From the IMG/VR virus record IMGVR_UViG_3300005253_000023: 46,420 nt of DNA. One strand, 5' to 3'. Origin of the DNA: a virus. Under the pieces are notes generated by a model. The model saw only the letters and a list, made by a program, of their open reading frames with translations, searched no databases and was not told where the DNA came from. The stretch's first letter is position 1. Each line of letters starts with the position of its first letter. Positions 25,595-34,159 of the stretch are shown here, in pieces. The position numbers and the translations under genes were made by a program.

Positions 25595-26661
25595 GTCATC
25601 GTATCAACTGTCATCCTTACATTTCCATACCCTTCACGCAGTTTAGCGATCTGCTTTCTAATAGAAGCTATCTCACCAAAAAGCATCGGCCGAAGCCCAC
25701 TGATCCGTAATAGCCCTTCCTGATTCTGTCCTTCTATCTCTTGTGTTATACGCACTATTAACTCATCTGTCTTGCGTTCATTTTTATTAGATCGTAGCGA
25801 TGCTAAATAATTTGTCAGTGCATTGATTTGAGCCTTTAGCTGTATTGCACGTGAGAATAATTGCTTATTCTGTTTTATAAGATCAGTGAAATCATCAAAG
25901 ACCATTATGTCAGGATTAAGACCGATAGAACTCTCCAAACTTTCTTCATCATCTAAGTCAAACATCGTTTCCGTATTATGCCCAGGTACGAAAATTCGGC
26001 GTAGCGATAAATGTGTGAACTGTGATTGTATGTCGGCACTCTCAAATTCACGTTCAAAAGGTGTGATGGTTAGCCCATCGGTCAAATATCCCAGATAATA
26101 CTCTCCTTTATAAGTAGTATCAGAATTGTCAACCCTGAAATTCAATACCTCTTCCTGATGATCAGTGGTAATAGTAATTTCCTTCTCAAAAATAGGTGTA
26201 GTAAAAGATGTGTTAAACAACAACAGCTTAAATGTCCCCGTTGTTTTGAAGTCCAGAAGTATCCTTGTAATCTCAAAAGCTATGTTCTTCTCATTGGATA
26301 CCCTGATTTGAAAACCTACAAATCCGTTAGGCAGGGCAACAGTGTCAATCCTATTCTGTGCGTTAATAAATAGTAGATTCTTATCTATATAATCCGCTTC
26401 ATTGAATACAGAATTACATACATCAACAATGCTAGTATCTATCAGTTGCGACAGAAATGTATTAAAGTCAACGTCTGATATGCCCGAATAATCTTGAGTG
26501 TCTTTAAGATACTCAATCTTAGCAAAAGGGTTGTCATTCACAAAATAACCAGAACTACTTAGCAGATTATTAGCATCCACTATGCTAAAATCAGGGTTAA
26601 AAGGTTGCCTATAACCTACCAACCCTGATAAGTCTGTCGTTACTTTGGTCGGGTTAAACAT
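25591..26661 (-). CDS. virion structural protein (hypothetical)
   Basis: 356-aa ORF in the morphogenesis block. Confidence 0.65.
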   Translation of the reverse strand: MFNPTKVTTDLSGLVGYRQPFNPDFSIVDANNLLSSSGYFVNDNPFAKIEYLKDTQDYSGISDVDFNTFLSQLIDTSIVDVCNSVFNEADYIDKNLLFINAQNRIDTVALPNGFVGFQIRVSNEKNIAFEITRILLDFKTTGTFKLLLFNTSFTTPIFEKEITITTDHQEEVLNFRVDNSDTTYKGEYYLGYLTDGLTITPFEREFESADIQSQFTHLSLRRIFVPGHNTETMFDLDDEESLESSIGLNPDIMVFDDFTDLIKQNKQLFSRAIQLKAQINALTNYLASLRSNKNERKTDELIVRITQEIEGQNQEGLLRISGLRPMLFGEIASIRKQIAKLREGYGNVRMTVDTMT

Positions 26662-26910
26662 TTACTTTTTCTTGGGGTCTTTCTTGTCCTGATAAATCTT
26701 ATCCTCGGACTTGTTGATCTCCATGAAGACACCTGAATTTCCAAAGACTGCATTGATACTATCGGCGTAATCATCCGTTACTACCATTCGTTCTTTGATA
26801 ACCTTAGTCATCTTCTTATTCCAACCCTTTTCGTCCTTGTATAAGCTTTTATACTGGGTATAAACACTAAAATTTATGTCAACCTCTAAGAGTTTCTTTG
26901 CCTTTTTCAT
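26662..26910 (-). CDS. hypothetical protein
   Basis: 82-aa lysine-rich ORF directly after the capsid gene. Confidence 0.55.
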   Translation of the reverse strand: MKKAKKLLEVDINFSVYTQYKSLYKDEKGWNKKMTKVIKERMVVTDDYADSINAVFGNSGVFMEINKSEDKIYQDKKDPKKK

Positions 26911-26914
26911 GATC

Positions 26915-27943
26915 CTATACTAATGCGAATGCCAAAAGAGAAGTTTCACCGGCAACCGTCAGTGGTGTATCGTGAAAAGCCAAGTCAAGTGATAGCTCCC
27001 ATTCTGTTTTGGTATCCTGTTTTACTGAATTAGTTGCTGTTCCATCAAATCGTTCTACATAAGTATGCAGAGCGTAAGACAGACCATCTACAGGATTGAT
27101 CATGGTTGAATAAACATCTTCAGGAGTTACCCTACCTTCCCTGTTTTGGCGTGGTATCCATGTGTTTACACCTACAGACCCGTCCTGAATAGCTATCCAT
27201 GCACCTAAGCTGTAAGCAGAAACAAGAGCACCAAACAACGGGCCTAATTCAGGGGATCGTACAAACGTAATTCCTTCATTTTGGAAGGATAAGTTTGTAG
27301 AGTTAGAATTGCCCTGTTGGAGGTCTTTTTCAAACCTGTTGAAAGAAGTCTCATCGCAATAGAATGTATAACTTGGTGAGTAAGCATTAAGATCAAGAAT
27401 AGATTTGGTAATCTGTACAGCACGTTCTCCATTTGTACTGTTTGTGATCTCAAAGGTATCTTCAACAACATCAAAAGTCCCTTCGTTTGATCCCTGATCA
27501 AAGTCTACTGTATTTCTGTTGTTGAATAGATGGTTGATAGCTAATGTCTCAAAGCCATTCATAAAGGCTTTAATACAATTGTCAACGCCTGTATCAAATT
27601 CATCTGCCTGAGTAAAGAAATTGTTATCCATTCTCTTTAGTGAGGTCTGGAATTCAGATGTGCGAGTAACCCAACTGAGGGTTAATAGACTTGAATCCCC
27701 TACTGGGCCAGTATGATTAAATAATCGTTCCGTTCCCAAAGCAGGTGGATCACTGGCGCGAAAATTCGCCTCTACAGCACGATCTTCACGTGTTCTTACT
27801 GAGTTGTCGGGAACAAAGAAGTTCTGATTCTGTAAGAAATTCAGATACGTTGCTGGTCGTCTGAAGCGCAATTCATTTGCTTGAAACCTGTTTATCAATC
27901 TAACTTGCGCGGTTTTTAGATCGGTGGTTGTAAAATCTGCCAT
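26915..27943 (-). CDS. major capsid protein candidate
   Basis: 342 aa, immediately downstream of the scaffold-like gene, with its own leader. Call by synteny. Confidence 0.55.
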   Translation of the reverse strand: MADFTTTDLKTAQVRLINRFQANELRFRRPATYLNFLQNQNFFVPDNSVRTREDRAVEANFRASDPPALGTERLFNHTGPVGDSSLLTLSWVTRTSEFQTSLKRMDNNFFTQADEFDTGVDNCIKAFMNGFETLAINHLFNNRNTVDFDQGSNEGTFDVVEDTFEITNSTNGERAVQITKSILDLNAYSPSYTFYCDETSFNRFEKDLQQGNSNSTNLSFQNEGITFVRSPELGPLFGALVSAYSLGAWIAIQDGSVGVNTWIPRQNREGRVTPEDVYSTMINPVDGLSYALHTYVERFDGTATNSVKQDTKTEWELSLDLAFHDTPLTVAGETSLLAFALV

Positions 27944-27979
27944 TTGATTAATTATTAGATAGTTAGAAAATACCTCTAA

Positions 27980-28067
27980 GCTACCGCTTAATTAATCCCT
28001 GCCAGCTACCGCCAGTCAAATGATTTAGAGAAGTGTTGGCTACCGCCTATATCTTATCAGCTACCGC
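27980..28067 (-). repeat. four direct copies of GGCGGTAGCY (minus-strand sense) in the capsid-gene leader
   Basis: Plus-strand GCTACCGC at 27980..27987, 28005..28012, 28039..28046 and 28060..28067. The region is non-coding. Confidence 0.85.
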
Positions 28068-28076
28068 CGATTATTG

Positions 28077-28084
28077 CAAAAGTA
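28077..28084 (-). promoter_or_regulatory. -7-type promoter box TACTTTTG
   Basis: Fits TAnnTTTG. Sits just after the scaffold stop and upstream of the repeat array. Confidence 0.35.
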
Positions 28085-28089
28085 AGGAA

Positions 28090-28905
28090 TTAATCTTTAA
28101 ATTCCTTTTTTAACGTTCTTTTAAGAAGTTCTTGGTTGATCTGTTCATCTGTTTTACCCTCTTCTTCCAACTTCGCTACAACTTCCTCTACATCCGTTCC
28201 CTTCTTTGGGTTTTCATTGCCTCCTCCTGCTCCGCCTTCGGCTTTCTTTCGGAAGTCATTAACAAAATCCCCCATAATAACATCTATCTTCAAAGGTGAT
28301 TCCATTTTGTCTTTTAGGATACCGCCACCGTTTTTAGAAAAGGTAAGGTTGCCGTCCTCAAGGCTGGTATTAAATTCACTCTTAAAAAGGATCAACGCAC
28401 GATCCCGACTGATATTCAGACCGCTTTCGGGAATAGCCCTCATTAACATATTATCTATTGTGGTCTGCTGCTTGAATTGACTGAAGGTTTTTTCATGGTT
28501 TTCAAATAAATCCTTTTGCTCTTGTATTGTTATGCGCAACTTTCCCAGGCTTTCATTTTGTTCCTGAATCTTTTTATCAGGCTCTATCTTGGCATCTTCC
28601 AAAACTTTATTTTGGAAAGCATCTAGAAAGATATTCAAGTCCTTTTTGCCTTCAAACGCTTCCATGCCTCTGTCTATTTTGGCTTGCTTAATGGCCATTT
28701 CTAAATTCAGATTACTAAAGTCTGACTTTGCCTGACTTTTAATGTTCTCTGTTAGCGTAGCTTTGAAGGTGTCGTCCTCTTCTTTGGTTCTTATTACTTC
28801 GGGCAAGGAAATTTCTACTTCTTCATCCTCTGTAAAGCCTTTTGCCAGCACACCTTCTTCAAGGCCGAGCCGTTTTTCTAAATCTTTTATATTTTTAATG
28901 GGCAT
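28090..28905 (-). CDS. scaffolding protein candidate
   Basis: 271 aa, E/K-rich, predicted helical, Gly-rich near the C-terminus. Lies between the portal candidate and the capsid gene. Confidence 0.55.
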   Translation of the reverse strand: MPIKNIKDLEKRLGLEEGVLAKGFTEDEEVEISLPEVIRTKEEDDTFKATLTENIKSQAKSDFSNLNLEMAIKQAKIDRGMEAFEGKKDLNIFLDAFQNKVLEDAKIEPDKKIQEQNESLGKLRITIQEQKDLFENHEKTFSQFKQQTTIDNMLMRAIPESGLNISRDRALILFKSEFNTSLEDGNLTFSKNGGGILKDKMESPLKIDVIMGDFVNDFRKKAEGGAGGGNENPKKGTDVEEVVAKLEEEGKTDEQINQELLKRTLKKEFKD

Positions 28906-29380
28906 AATTGATATTGTTTTGGTCTAATAATTCAGTGAGTTTGGGTTCTTTTGCTAGGTGATGATATTTGATTTTATGCTTATCAAGTAAAGCTTTCATC
29001 TCTTGCAATGTTGCCGAAGGCGATTCGGCTTCCGCTTCTTTAATCTTGTTCACATCCGGGATGTTGCGCTCAGGCATAGGCACATGATCCGCCAAAGCAT
29101 CATTCAATACGTGCTTCAGTACATTGCCTTTCAATAGCTCATCGCTTTCTTTTTGGGCTTTCCTTTTACGCATCTTTGCCTCTCCGTCTACATAATACTT
29201 GTTAGTGGCCTCTTCATCTATCTCATAAATCTTACCACCATTTACCCAATTTGCATTGGTTTGCTCATACCATTCTTTCGTAATTTTTGCCGCTGGCATC
29301 AGTAATGTTTTGTGTTCTTTGGTGAATCCTTTCTCATTTCTGAAAAGTTGATAGTGCCGACATACATAAATTTCATTCAT
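28895..29380 (-). CDS. hypothetical protein
   Basis: 161-aa ORF overlapping both neighbours. Confidence 0.6.
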   Translation of the reverse strand: MNEIYVCRHYQLFRNEKGFTKEHKTLLMPAAKITKEWYEQTNANWVNGGKIYEIDEEATNKYYVDGEAKMRKRKAQKESDELLKGNVLKHVLNDALADHVPMPERNIPDVNKIKEAEAESPSATLQEMKALLDKHKIKYHHLAKEPKLTELLDQNNINYAH

Positions 29381-31016
29381 CGCTATTTTTTATTTGATTA
29401 GTTTCAAACCAGCTATCAAAGCTGGCCTTTAATTCTTTTTCTGTTGATTTGAAGACAAAATCCTTGCTTTGTTCTTCCCACCAGTCGCGAAACTGTACTT
29501 TTTTTCGTGCTTGCTTCTGGTTAAATATCTCTCCCACCTGTTCGGCTGTGTAATGAAGATACGGCTCTATGTTTGATTTTTTCACCAACACATTCAGCCA
29601 AATAGGATCGTTGTGGAATTTGGCCGTGATCCATTCGTTATATAACCTATCAAGGATTACCGTACTGTCTCCCTTGTCTTTAGACATCTCATAACGCTTA
29701 AGGATCATATCGCTTGACTCAATGATATATCGCCTGCCGTAGGCTATAAGTGCCGCATTTTCTTCTTTGTCGCGTGTTGGCTGCAAGAAATCTGCAATGA
29801 AATTGGTAATCTGCAATTCCATAAACTCCGTAGTAGATGAATAGAAGTCTAGCTTATTTTCCAAAGGCTGTTTGTTCATTATCACAATTTCTGTTGCAGT
29901 TTTATTGGTGATCCTGTCTTCAGATACCCCTATAACAGTACCCCAATGAGTAACACTAGCCATATCCTGAAGTAATTCAAGCTCTTTTGTAAACTGATCC
30001 CAGGCATCAATATCAGGTGATACAAAGCCCATAATATTAGGTGCAAGGACAGTTTCATTCGCTTGGGGTATTTTAAGACGTATAACATCTGTTACATCAT
30101 TGGTAACAAGCCATCCTTTACCATTACAGTTCTTACATGACTCTGATGATGCGCCTGATTTGCCCGTTCCTTTACACATCGCACAGCCCATCTCATAACG
30201 CCACATCTTAGGAAATCCCTGTTGAAATTTAAAGATCGTCTTAATAGACTGATCACGGGCATATTCCCTGCTCAACTCTACTACTGATCTGATCGGTGAT
30301 TCCTTAAATTCTTCACCAACCTTTTGAATATTAGAATTAACAATTCCCGGTACACGTGAAAAAGGATGTTCAAAGGTATGTTCCTGGTCTACGGTAAAAG
30401 TATCACCTGATTCAATGATAGTATAATCCTTTTCGTCGTCTACCAATCGCCATAATTTTGCACCTTCTGGTAACACTTTAGGTTCAAACAATAGTAAATG
30501 AATGCGTTGTCCTATTACCCTGTACGTTTTTATTGATCCTATTGACTTATAAGTAGGGTAAACATCATCTACGCCGTGAATCTCTTCAGTTGTATATTCC
30601 ATGAAGACGATGCCATTCGGATCAGTATGATAAACCCTCATCCACTGGGTTTGTAGCCATTCTTCTATTGACTTATCACCGCGAAGATTCATGGTTTTGG
30701 CTATCAATTCAGCTTTGTCATCGTCGTTTTCAATAAGATACTTACGACTACCCCCGGTTGCTGAAAATACGTTATCAACAGGTGTTAACAGCCTTTGGTA
30801 GAAATCAACAATAGATCGTGAATATTTACGTCTTGATTTGGATTTAGACTCAGATTCCAGGTGCTCAATACGAAGAATGAGTTCTTCTAAGAATCCATCA
30901 CCTTCAATTAATGCGTTTAGCGTTTTTGATTGTTTGCGTGCTTCAATAATAAACGGATCATTGCCTTGATGGGCTTTAACAAAGTCTATCGCTGCTTGAT
31001 CGTCTACAAATACCAC
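29373..31016 (-). CDS. portal protein candidate with an embedded DnaJ-type zinc finger
   Basis: 547 aa, GTG start. Size and position (upstream of scaffold and capsid). CAMCKGTG-x8-CKNCNGKG motif. Confidence 0.45.
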   Translation of the reverse strand: MVFVDDQAAIDFVKAHQGNDPFIIEARKQSKTLNALIEGDGFLEELILRIEHLESESKSKSRRKYSRSIVDFYQRLLTPVDNVFSATGGSRKYLIENDDDKAELIAKTMNLRGDKSIEEWLQTQWMRVYHTDPNGIVFMEYTTEEIHGVDDVYPTYKSIGSIKTYRVIGQRIHLLLFEPKVLPEGAKLWRLVDDEKDYTIIESGDTFTVDQEHTFEHPFSRVPGIVNSNIQKVGEEFKESPIRSVVELSREYARDQSIKTIFKFQQGFPKMWRYEMGCAMCKGTGKSGASSESCKNCNGKGWLVTNDVTDVIRLKIPQANETVLAPNIMGFVSPDIDAWDQFTKELELLQDMASVTHWGTVIGVSEDRITNKTATEIVIMNKQPLENKLDFYSSTTEFMELQITNFIADFLQPTRDKEENAALIAYGRRYIIESSDMILKRYEMSKDKGDSTVILDRLYNEWITAKFHNDPIWLNVLVKKSNIEPYLHYTAEQVGEIFNQKQARKKVQFRDWWEEQSKDFVFKSTEKELKASFDSWFETNQIKNSDE

Positions 31017-31023
31017 TTACGGG

Positions 31024-31031
31024 CAAAGGTA
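31024..31031 (-). promoter_or_regulatory. -7-type promoter box TACCTTTG, 7 nt from the GTG start
   Basis: Same octamer as in the 5123 and 40375 boxes. Confidence 0.4.
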
Positions 31032-31064
31032 AGGAAAATTGTTTAAATACGATGATTGCCCTTT

Positions 31065-31316
31065 TTATAGCTGATCCATTAAATCAAATGTTTCACATGC
31101 TATAAAATCTTCACTGACTTTATTGATTGCTGTTTGTATTTTATTTAAGGCCGTTAATTTATCTTTATTCCAATTAGTCTTTGAAGATTCATTATCGTCG
31201 TTTCCAAAGTAAACTGCTGTGATTAATATTTTACCATCCTCATGATTATAAATTATTTCTAAATCACCGTACTTTTTAGTCTTTATTATTCTATGTAATG
31301 ATTGCATTTTTATCAA
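31065..31316 (-). CDS. hypothetical protein
   Basis: 83-aa ORF. Confidence 0.55.
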   Translation of the reverse strand: MIKMQSLHRIIKTKKYGDLEIIYNHEDGKILITAVYFGNDDNESSKTNWNKDKLTALNKIQTAINKVSEDFIACETFDLMDQL

Positions 31317-31320
31317 AGTT

Positions 31321-31497
31321 TTATTTATCCTCTAGAGAATTTACAGCATGTTTTGCTTTAATTAATGAGTCTCCTAGTATTTTAATACTCTTTGTTAATT
31401 TCTTAATGTTGTACGTGAGACTTTTCCTTTTCTCAACTGTCCCCCAACTAGCGGCCATAGGCTCTATGCTCTTATCCGTTCTCTTCTCAGGTTTCAT
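31321..31497 (-). CDS. hypothetical protein
   Basis: Start set to the ATG at 31497 (MKPEKR). Confidence 0.45.
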   Translation of the reverse strand: MKPEKRTDKSIEPMAASWGTVEKRKSLTYNIKKLTKSIKILGDSLIKAKHAVNSLEDK

Positions 31498-31687
31498 GAT
31501 ACACAATTTTTACATTATCTAAATAATCAACTAATGATAATTTACCATCATCTTCTATGAGCATTAACAGTCGCGTTTCAGTTAGAGCCTTTTTATCACG
31601 CTCAGTGAGTTGGTGTTTTGGAAACAATTCTTTAATTTCCTCATCGGGTATTTTAGTTCCATCGGGATATTCCCATTCAATCTTCAT
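31487..31687 (-). CDS. hypothetical protein
   Basis: Start set to the ATG at 31687 (MKIEWEY). A TATATTTG box (31694..31701) lies 6 nt upstream. Confidence 0.5.
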   Translation of the reverse strand: MKIEWEYPDGTKIPDEEIKELFPKHQLTERDKKALTETRLLMLIEDDGKLSLVDYLDNVKIVYHET

Positions 31688-31708
31688 GATACACAAATAT
31701 AATTATAT

Positions 31709-31972
31709 TTATACTGTTATTGCTGATTCAACTCTTTTACCAAATAGAAAATAAAAGCTCATACCATAACTATCACCACAACCCCAATTAGAATTTTCAA
31801 TCTGAATTTCTTGGTTGAAAGTAATGGCACGTTCAATATACATGCCATCACCTTCTAATATTTCCTTAGATGCTTCCAAATATTTTCTTTGTCGCAGACC
31901 CTTATATTCATCATACGCATAAGGCTGACCTATCTCGTCAAAGGTCTTTTTAAGTTTTTCCAGGTCTGTCAT
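31709..31972 (-). CDS. hypothetical protein
   Basis: 87-aa ORF with an ATGA overlap with the upstream gene. Confidence 0.55.
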   Translation of the reverse strand: MTDLEKLKKTFDEIGQPYAYDEYKGLRQRKYLEASKEILEGDGMYIERAITFNQEIQIENSNWGCGDSYGMSFYFLFGKRVESAITV

Positions 31973-32439
31973 TTATCTAGTGTGTTAATGTTTATTGCCA
32001 GCCTGGCATCAATCAACCCGAATACATCAAAGTGCCATTCAAAGAGTTTTTCCATTATTGCCATGCAATTCTCAATATCCACTCCTGCGTTTCCACCTGT
32101 CTTAATCATAACCGTCTTAGGTACAGGTTTCCCCTCTTCTTCATATAGCCAGTCCGCTTCTGGATTAATACTGCCTACAGACAAATACCAACTCATATGC
32201 TTAGGCTTGACGCCTTCATGATTTATAGGCACAAACCTCTCGCCATTGTGTTCTATTTCTTTGGTGAGGTCGGGAAGAGGGTGTAAATATGGACTTTGAA
32301 AGTACCCGATATTACCTCTCTTTAGGGTTATTAATTGTTTGCCATTATTAGTTCTTCCTTGTAATCCATAAGGCAAATAAGGGGCAAGGTGCTTTAATTC
32401 CAGTTTCATCTCTGTGTGTTTAGCTCTTTTCCCGTTCAT
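31969..32439 (-). CDS. hypothetical protein
   Basis: 156-aa ORF. An alternative start lies at 32409 (MKLELKHL). Confidence 0.6.
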   Translation of the reverse strand: MNGKRAKHTEMKLELKHLAPYLPYGLQGRTNNGKQLITLKRGNIGYFQSPYLHPLPDLTKEIEHNGERFVPINHEGVKPKHMSWYLSVGSINPEADWLYEEEGKPVPKTVMIKTGGNAGVDIENCMAIMEKLFEWHFDVFGLIDARLAININTLDK

Positions 32440-32441
32440 TT

Positions 32442-32699
32442 TTAGAACAGTTCTTTATTGGCCACTTCCATAACCTCTAAAGCATTCTGGATGTCGGCAA
32501 TTTCAACCATCGTTTCCCCGATCGCCGTCAAGGAAAAGTCTTCTTCCGCTGATTTCAGATCGTCTAATTTTTGTTCTGCTTCGGCCAGTTGTTGTTTGCA
32601 TTCCAGAAGGTCGGCTTCCGCTTTTAATTTTGATCTTCCGTTTAGAAAATCTTTGCCCTTGGATTCTTTGTCTTGTTGGATTCTTTTTAGGTATTTCAT
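32442..32699 (-). CDS. coiled-coil protein
   Basis: 85 aa with a protein-like composition (KLKAEADLLECKQQLAEAEQKLDDLK). Confidence 0.55.
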   Translation of the reverse strand: MKYLKRIQQDKESKGKDFLNGRSKLKAEADLLECKQQLAEAEQKLDDLKSAEEDFSLTAIGETMVEIADIQNALEVMEVANKELF

Positions 32700-33132
32700 T
32701 ATTTTTTATTATTAATTTTCTTACGTGATAAAAATCAGAATTGGGATCGCCGTCTTGATCTACTATTCTCCATTGTTGTGAATATCCAAATGTATTCTTT
32801 AGCCCCCACTCACTTCCATTAGTGTCATTGCATAAAAAAACACCTTGTGAACTAACATGCACCTTCCCCTCACAATATTTCCTATTAATTTCAGCTGTAA
32901 ACTCAGCCCCGTGAACATATTCAATTGATTTCTTGCCAAAGTCTCCTGCTTTGGCACTCTTGTGAAGACGAACCCAATAACCATTGCCTTGAGATGACTT
33001 ATTCCACCAACATCTGAATATTGCATCATGTAATGAATCTACAATTTCCTCTAAATCCTTACTTTCTCTAATACACCACACCTTGTGAGGCTCTGGTAAT
33101 TGTTCAAACCATTCTTTGGATGTCTTTCCCAT
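32503..33132 (-). CDS. hypothetical protein; the last ~65 codons overlap 32442..32699 out of frame
   Basis: 209-aa ORF. The tail after ...HVRKLIIKNN is R/K-rich and looks like out-of-frame read-through. The true end is uncertain. Confidence 0.5.
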   Translation of the reverse strand: MGKTSKEWFEQLPEPHKVWCIRESKDLEEIVDSLHDAIFRCWWNKSSQGNGYWVRLHKSAKAGDFGKKSIEYVHGAEFTAEINRKYCEGKVHVSSQGVFLCNDTNGSEWGLKNTFGYSQQWRIVDQDGDPNSDFYHVRKLIIKNNEIPKKNPTRQRIQGQRFSKRKIKIKSGSRPSGMQTTTGRSRTKIRRSEISGRRLFLDGDRGNDG

Positions 33133-33155
33133 AGCTATCTTTAATGTTCATACTG

Positions 33156-33178
33156 CGAATATACAAAATATCTTTGTA
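33156..33178 (-). promoter_or_regulatory. promoter/operator box: TACAAA-N5-TTTGTA + TATATTCG
   Basis: The minus strand reads TACAAAGATATTTTGTATATTCG, 23 nt upstream of the ATG at 33132. Confidence 0.5.
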
Positions 33179-33189
33179 CTAACCAAGAA

Positions 33190-33429
33190 CTATCTTTTGT
33201 TTGTGGGTTGCTTTATTAATTCCCATTCGGCAACATCACAGAAGACCGTCCTTTCCTGTTTTTCGCAGATTATAAAGCAGCTATCTTTTATGCAGAATTT
33301 CGTCCGGGGCTTTGAGCTTTTAACGTACAATGTATCTGACTCAGAAACGCCGTCTGAATGCGTTACATTGACTATGTAGGTGTGTTGATAGCTGCATGAG
33401 AACAGTAGGCTAAGAAGTAGATATTTCAT
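33190..33429 (-). CDS. putative secreted lipoprotein
   Basis: MKYLLLSLLFSC: signal peptide ending in a lipobox-like LFSC. Cys-rich mature part. Confidence 0.5.
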   Translation of the reverse strand: MKYLLLSLLFSCSYQHTYIVNVTHSDGVSESDTLYVKSSKPRTKFCIKDSCFIICEKQERTVFCDVAEWELIKQPTNKR

Positions 33430-33683
33430 CTTTTCTTTTCAAACTCCATAAGTGCTTTCTCTCCATCAGGAACAATACGAATATACAATCCATGACCTGT
33501 TGCATAATCTGAAATAAGACCTTTCACACGTAAACTCTCTTGTGTTTTCCAGTGTATCGTCTTTTCAAAATATTCCTGTCTCATTTCTTTCTTGCCAATA
33601 AGTAATTTAAGGGCATATGCTTGTTTATTTGTAAGTGTATTACACCAATCTAAATATTCTCTTCTAGCTTCTAATAAATCCAT
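33426..33683 (-). CDS. hypothetical protein
   Basis: 85-aa ORF with an ATGA overlap. Confidence 0.55.
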   Translation of the reverse strand: MDLLEARREYLDWCNTLTNKQAYALKLLIGKKEMRQEYFEKTIHWKTQESLRVKGLISDYATGHGLYIRIVPDGEKALMEFEKKR

Positions 33684-33685
33684 AG

Positions 33686-34042
33686 CTAATCTTTAATTAC
33701 GGTTTCATCTTTCAAAGTTAGTTCTTCGTTTGTAAGGGCATAGTAAAGGTTTTGGACTTGGTGGACATATTTGATCTCCATTCCAGTATGATAAAAATAA
33801 TAACCCTTTCGTTGTTCTTTAATGCTTATTCTATCCTTGGTGTAGCTGTGCGTTTTTTTGACAAACCCAAACTTCTCCAACCATTCTTTGGTGAGGGGGA
33901 TTGCCCTACATTTCATATTCCCGTGTTCAATTTGAACCAAATCTTCTGCATCCTCTATTTGCGTTTCAAATCCATAGGTTCTTTCTGTTTCACCATATTC
34001 AAAATCTACCCAATTGCCAATTCTAAGTTCTTGTGATTTCAT
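33686..34042 (-). CDS. hypothetical protein
   Basis: 118-aa ORF. Confidence 0.6.
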   Translation of the reverse strand: MKSQELRIGNWVDFEYGETERTYGFETQIEDAEDLVQIEHGNMKCRAIPLTKEWLEKFGFVKKTHSYTKDRISIKEQRKGYYFYHTGMEIKYVHQVQNLYYALTNEELTLKDETVIKD

Positions 34043-34122
34043 AGTTTCATTCCAAATATACTACCATAAGTCCATTTTCTAGTATCTCTTCGTTTCCCTC
34101 TAAATTTTATTTCCCGTCCCAT
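34039..34122 (-). pseudogene. 27-codon ORF resembling only the N-terminus of YopX-type phage proteins
   Basis: MGREIKFRGKRRDTRKWTYGSIFGMKL, then a stop in an ATGA overlap. YopX-like proteins normally continue for more than 100 aa. Confidence 0.3.
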
Positions 34123-34159
34123 TTCTTATATCGTTTAGTTACACAGTGCATTACTGCTA

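Noticed and set aside
27244-27501. Nested same-strand ORFs (27244..27501 within the capsid gene and 32799..33029 within 32503..33132)
   Set aside because: They are out-of-frame internal ORFs with odd composition and no start-site signals.
1776-28326. Additional partial matches to the capsid-leader motif (TACCGCC or CTACCGCC at about 1776, 16165, 23182 and 28320; GGCGGTAG at 15047)
   Set aside because: All lie in coding sequence, where GGC GGT (Gly-Gly) codons generate them, and they lack the full 8-mer. Only the full copy at 15843..15850 was kept as a possible extra site. My by-eye scan is not exhaustive.
31021-31066. GGGCAA...TTGCCC inverted repeat after gene 31065..31316 as a terminator
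   Set aside because: The loop is about 31 nt and no T-run follows on the coding strand. The region is better explained by the TACCTTTG box for the portal candidate.
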